DNA from: a virus
Taxonomy: Duplodnaviria > Caudoviricetes
DNA length: 26,821 nucleotides
Direction: 5' to 3' (one strand)
IMG/VR virus record: IMGVR_UViG_3300005758_000183
Location: 1 to 26,821 of that record
The notes under the pieces are model-generated. The model was not told where the DNA came from and ran no database searches. It worked only from the letters and a program-made list of their open reading frames with translations. Within the stretch, counting starts at the first letter, position 1. Each line of letters begins with the position of its first letter. Shown here one piece after another: positions 25,813 through 26,821 of this stretch. The position numbers and the translations under genes are program-made.

Positions 25813-26078
25813 TATTTTGGTTCCTTGATATTGTTAAAAAGGTCAGCCTGTTCTTTCTTAAATGTATTATACTTGTCTTTTAGACTTTTGTAAATTATCT
25901 CGTAGCCCATCATGTAGGCAATATAACCAAATGCGACAAAACCAGAACAAAAATGTAAAAATTTAGACTCATATGTCTGTGCCAGAGTAAAGAGCACCAG
26001 AAAGGTGACCCATGACATGATACTGACTTTGGCGTAGAACTCTGCCCTAGCCCAAAGGTACCTAATAAAATCCATCAT
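25812..26078 (-). CDS. Hypothetical membrane protein
   Basis: Two hydrophobic stretches; GGAGG RBS. Confidence 0.7.
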   Translation of the reverse strand: MMDFIRYLWARAEFYAKVSIMSWVTFLVLFTLAQTYESKFLHFCSGFVAFGYIAYMMGYEIIYKSLKDKYNTFKKEQADLFNNIKEPK

Positions 26079-26308
26079 CCGCCTCCTTTAAGTAGCCAAA
26101 TTAAAATATCTTCCTTGTGCAAGATGCACATTTCCTTACTGTACTTGCGAACTGACTTTGTAGTTTTGCTGGGTTTTGCCAGTTTCATTTTTACATAGCC
26201 TGCACCGTGCGCACCTGCTTTGCCCAATGCTTCTACTCGGTATATGTTATTGTAGAAAACGACATAGTCGTCTACTTTAATCTCGCGGTCAATTATGTCT
26301 GTGATCAT
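26075..26308 (-). CDS. Hypothetical protein (SH3/KOW-like beta pattern)
   Basis: DIIDREIKVDDYVVF; coupled to both neighbours. Confidence 0.65.
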   Translation of the reverse strand: MITDIIDREIKVDDYVVFYNNIYRVEALGKAGAHGAGYVKMKLAKPSKTTKSVRKYSKEMCILHKEDILIWLLKGGG

Positions 26309-26526
26309 CGTGTAAACAATCCTTTTCGATCAACACCAGTTTCGTAATACTCCCGAGCCGCACCACTGTAGTACATAACTTCTCCACATTGTGTACACTT
26401 GTATCGATGCAGGTCGATGTCTATAGTAGTAGATACTGTTGTGTATTCCCACTCGCCGTCGATTTCTTCACCAAAGTAATCTCTGGTGACCCAGCGTTCA
26501 GTAGTTCGTTGATGATTACAGGTCAT
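26305..26526 (-). CDS. Small zinc-ribbon protein
   Basis: Start ATG 26526 with AAGGAG RBS. CNH...CTQCG. Confidence 0.65.
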   Translation of the reverse strand: MTCNHQRTTERWVTRDYFGEEIDGEWEYTTVSTTIDIDLHRYKCTQCGEVMYYSGAAREYYETGVDRKGLFTR

Positions 26527-26617
26527 TGCCAACTCCTTTGGCGACAATGTAGCCTAACAGTGCCATAAGACCCAGCATTACTATAACCACAGCAACGATT
26601 AACAACACATCAATCAT
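26516..26617 (-). CDS. 33-aa single-pass membrane peptide (not in the ORF track)
   Basis: MIDVLLIVAVVIVMLGLMALLGYIVAKGVGNDL. GGAG RBS and TAATG coupling. Confidence 0.6.
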   Translation of the reverse strand: MIDVLLIVAVVIVMLGLMALLGYIVAKGVGNDL

Positions 26618-26821
26618 TATTCAACTCCGAAATGTTCTTTAATCTCGTCAACAGCATCTTCTTTTAAACGATATGCGGCGAACAATGCCCCACTTGCATT
26701 ATGTGCTTGCCCTTGGGGAGGGTTCTTAGCAAACTCGTGCCAGCTCTCTCCCATTTCAACTAACTTGGAGCAACATTCCAGAGTAATCAACTCGGCGAAC
26801 TTTCCTGCATTGTCTACGCTC
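26617..26821 (-). CDS. Hypothetical protein, C-terminal part (start lies outside the window)
   Basis: Open frame ...GKFAELITLECC...EIKEHFGVE* ending in TAA at 26617-26619. Confidence 0.65.
   Translation of the reverse strand, partial: SVDNAGKFAELITLECCSKLVEMGESWHEFAKNPPQGQAHNASGALFAAYRLKEDAVDEIKEHFGVE

Noticed and set aside
1-26821. CRISPR array, tRNA genes, IS elements
   Set aside because: No regularly spaced repeats, cloverleaf with a T-loop consensus, or transposase/integrase motifs were seen by eye.

Overview
A fragment of a large T4-superfamily (jumbo-type) myophage genome, read in the standard genetic code. From left to right it contains five blocks. (i) Minus-strand tail-fibre and virion accessory genes. 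(ii) A minus-strand head module: portal gp20, a small basic ORF, an acidic core protein, protease gp21, scaffold gp22 and a compact major capsid protein gp23, preceded by a tape-measure-like gene. (iii) A divergent plus-strand gp26-like/gp51-like pair. (iv) A minus-strand operon of late sigma factor gp55, gp47/gp46 (Mre11/Rad50-like), an Hc1-like DNA-binding protein and a GIY-YIG nuclease, followed by about 500 nt of non-coding DNA. (v) A plus-strand baseplate module (gp48/54-like, gp53-like, M23 peptidase, hub, gp5-like, lysozyme-like), then small minus-strand early-type ORFs including a MazG-like NTP pyrophosphatase. The most notable signal is a densely base-paired ~420-nt non-coding element directly downstream of the GIY-YIG gene, a candidate large ncRNA partnered with the nuclease or a replication-primer RNA. 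Other signals are a -1 slippery site plus hairpin that would fuse the gp26-like and gp51-like ORFs, three apparently leaderless transcripts, a lysozyme domain that looks split and inactive, and a mini-paralog of the tail-fibre N-terminus. All product calls come from motif recognition by eye; no database search was run.
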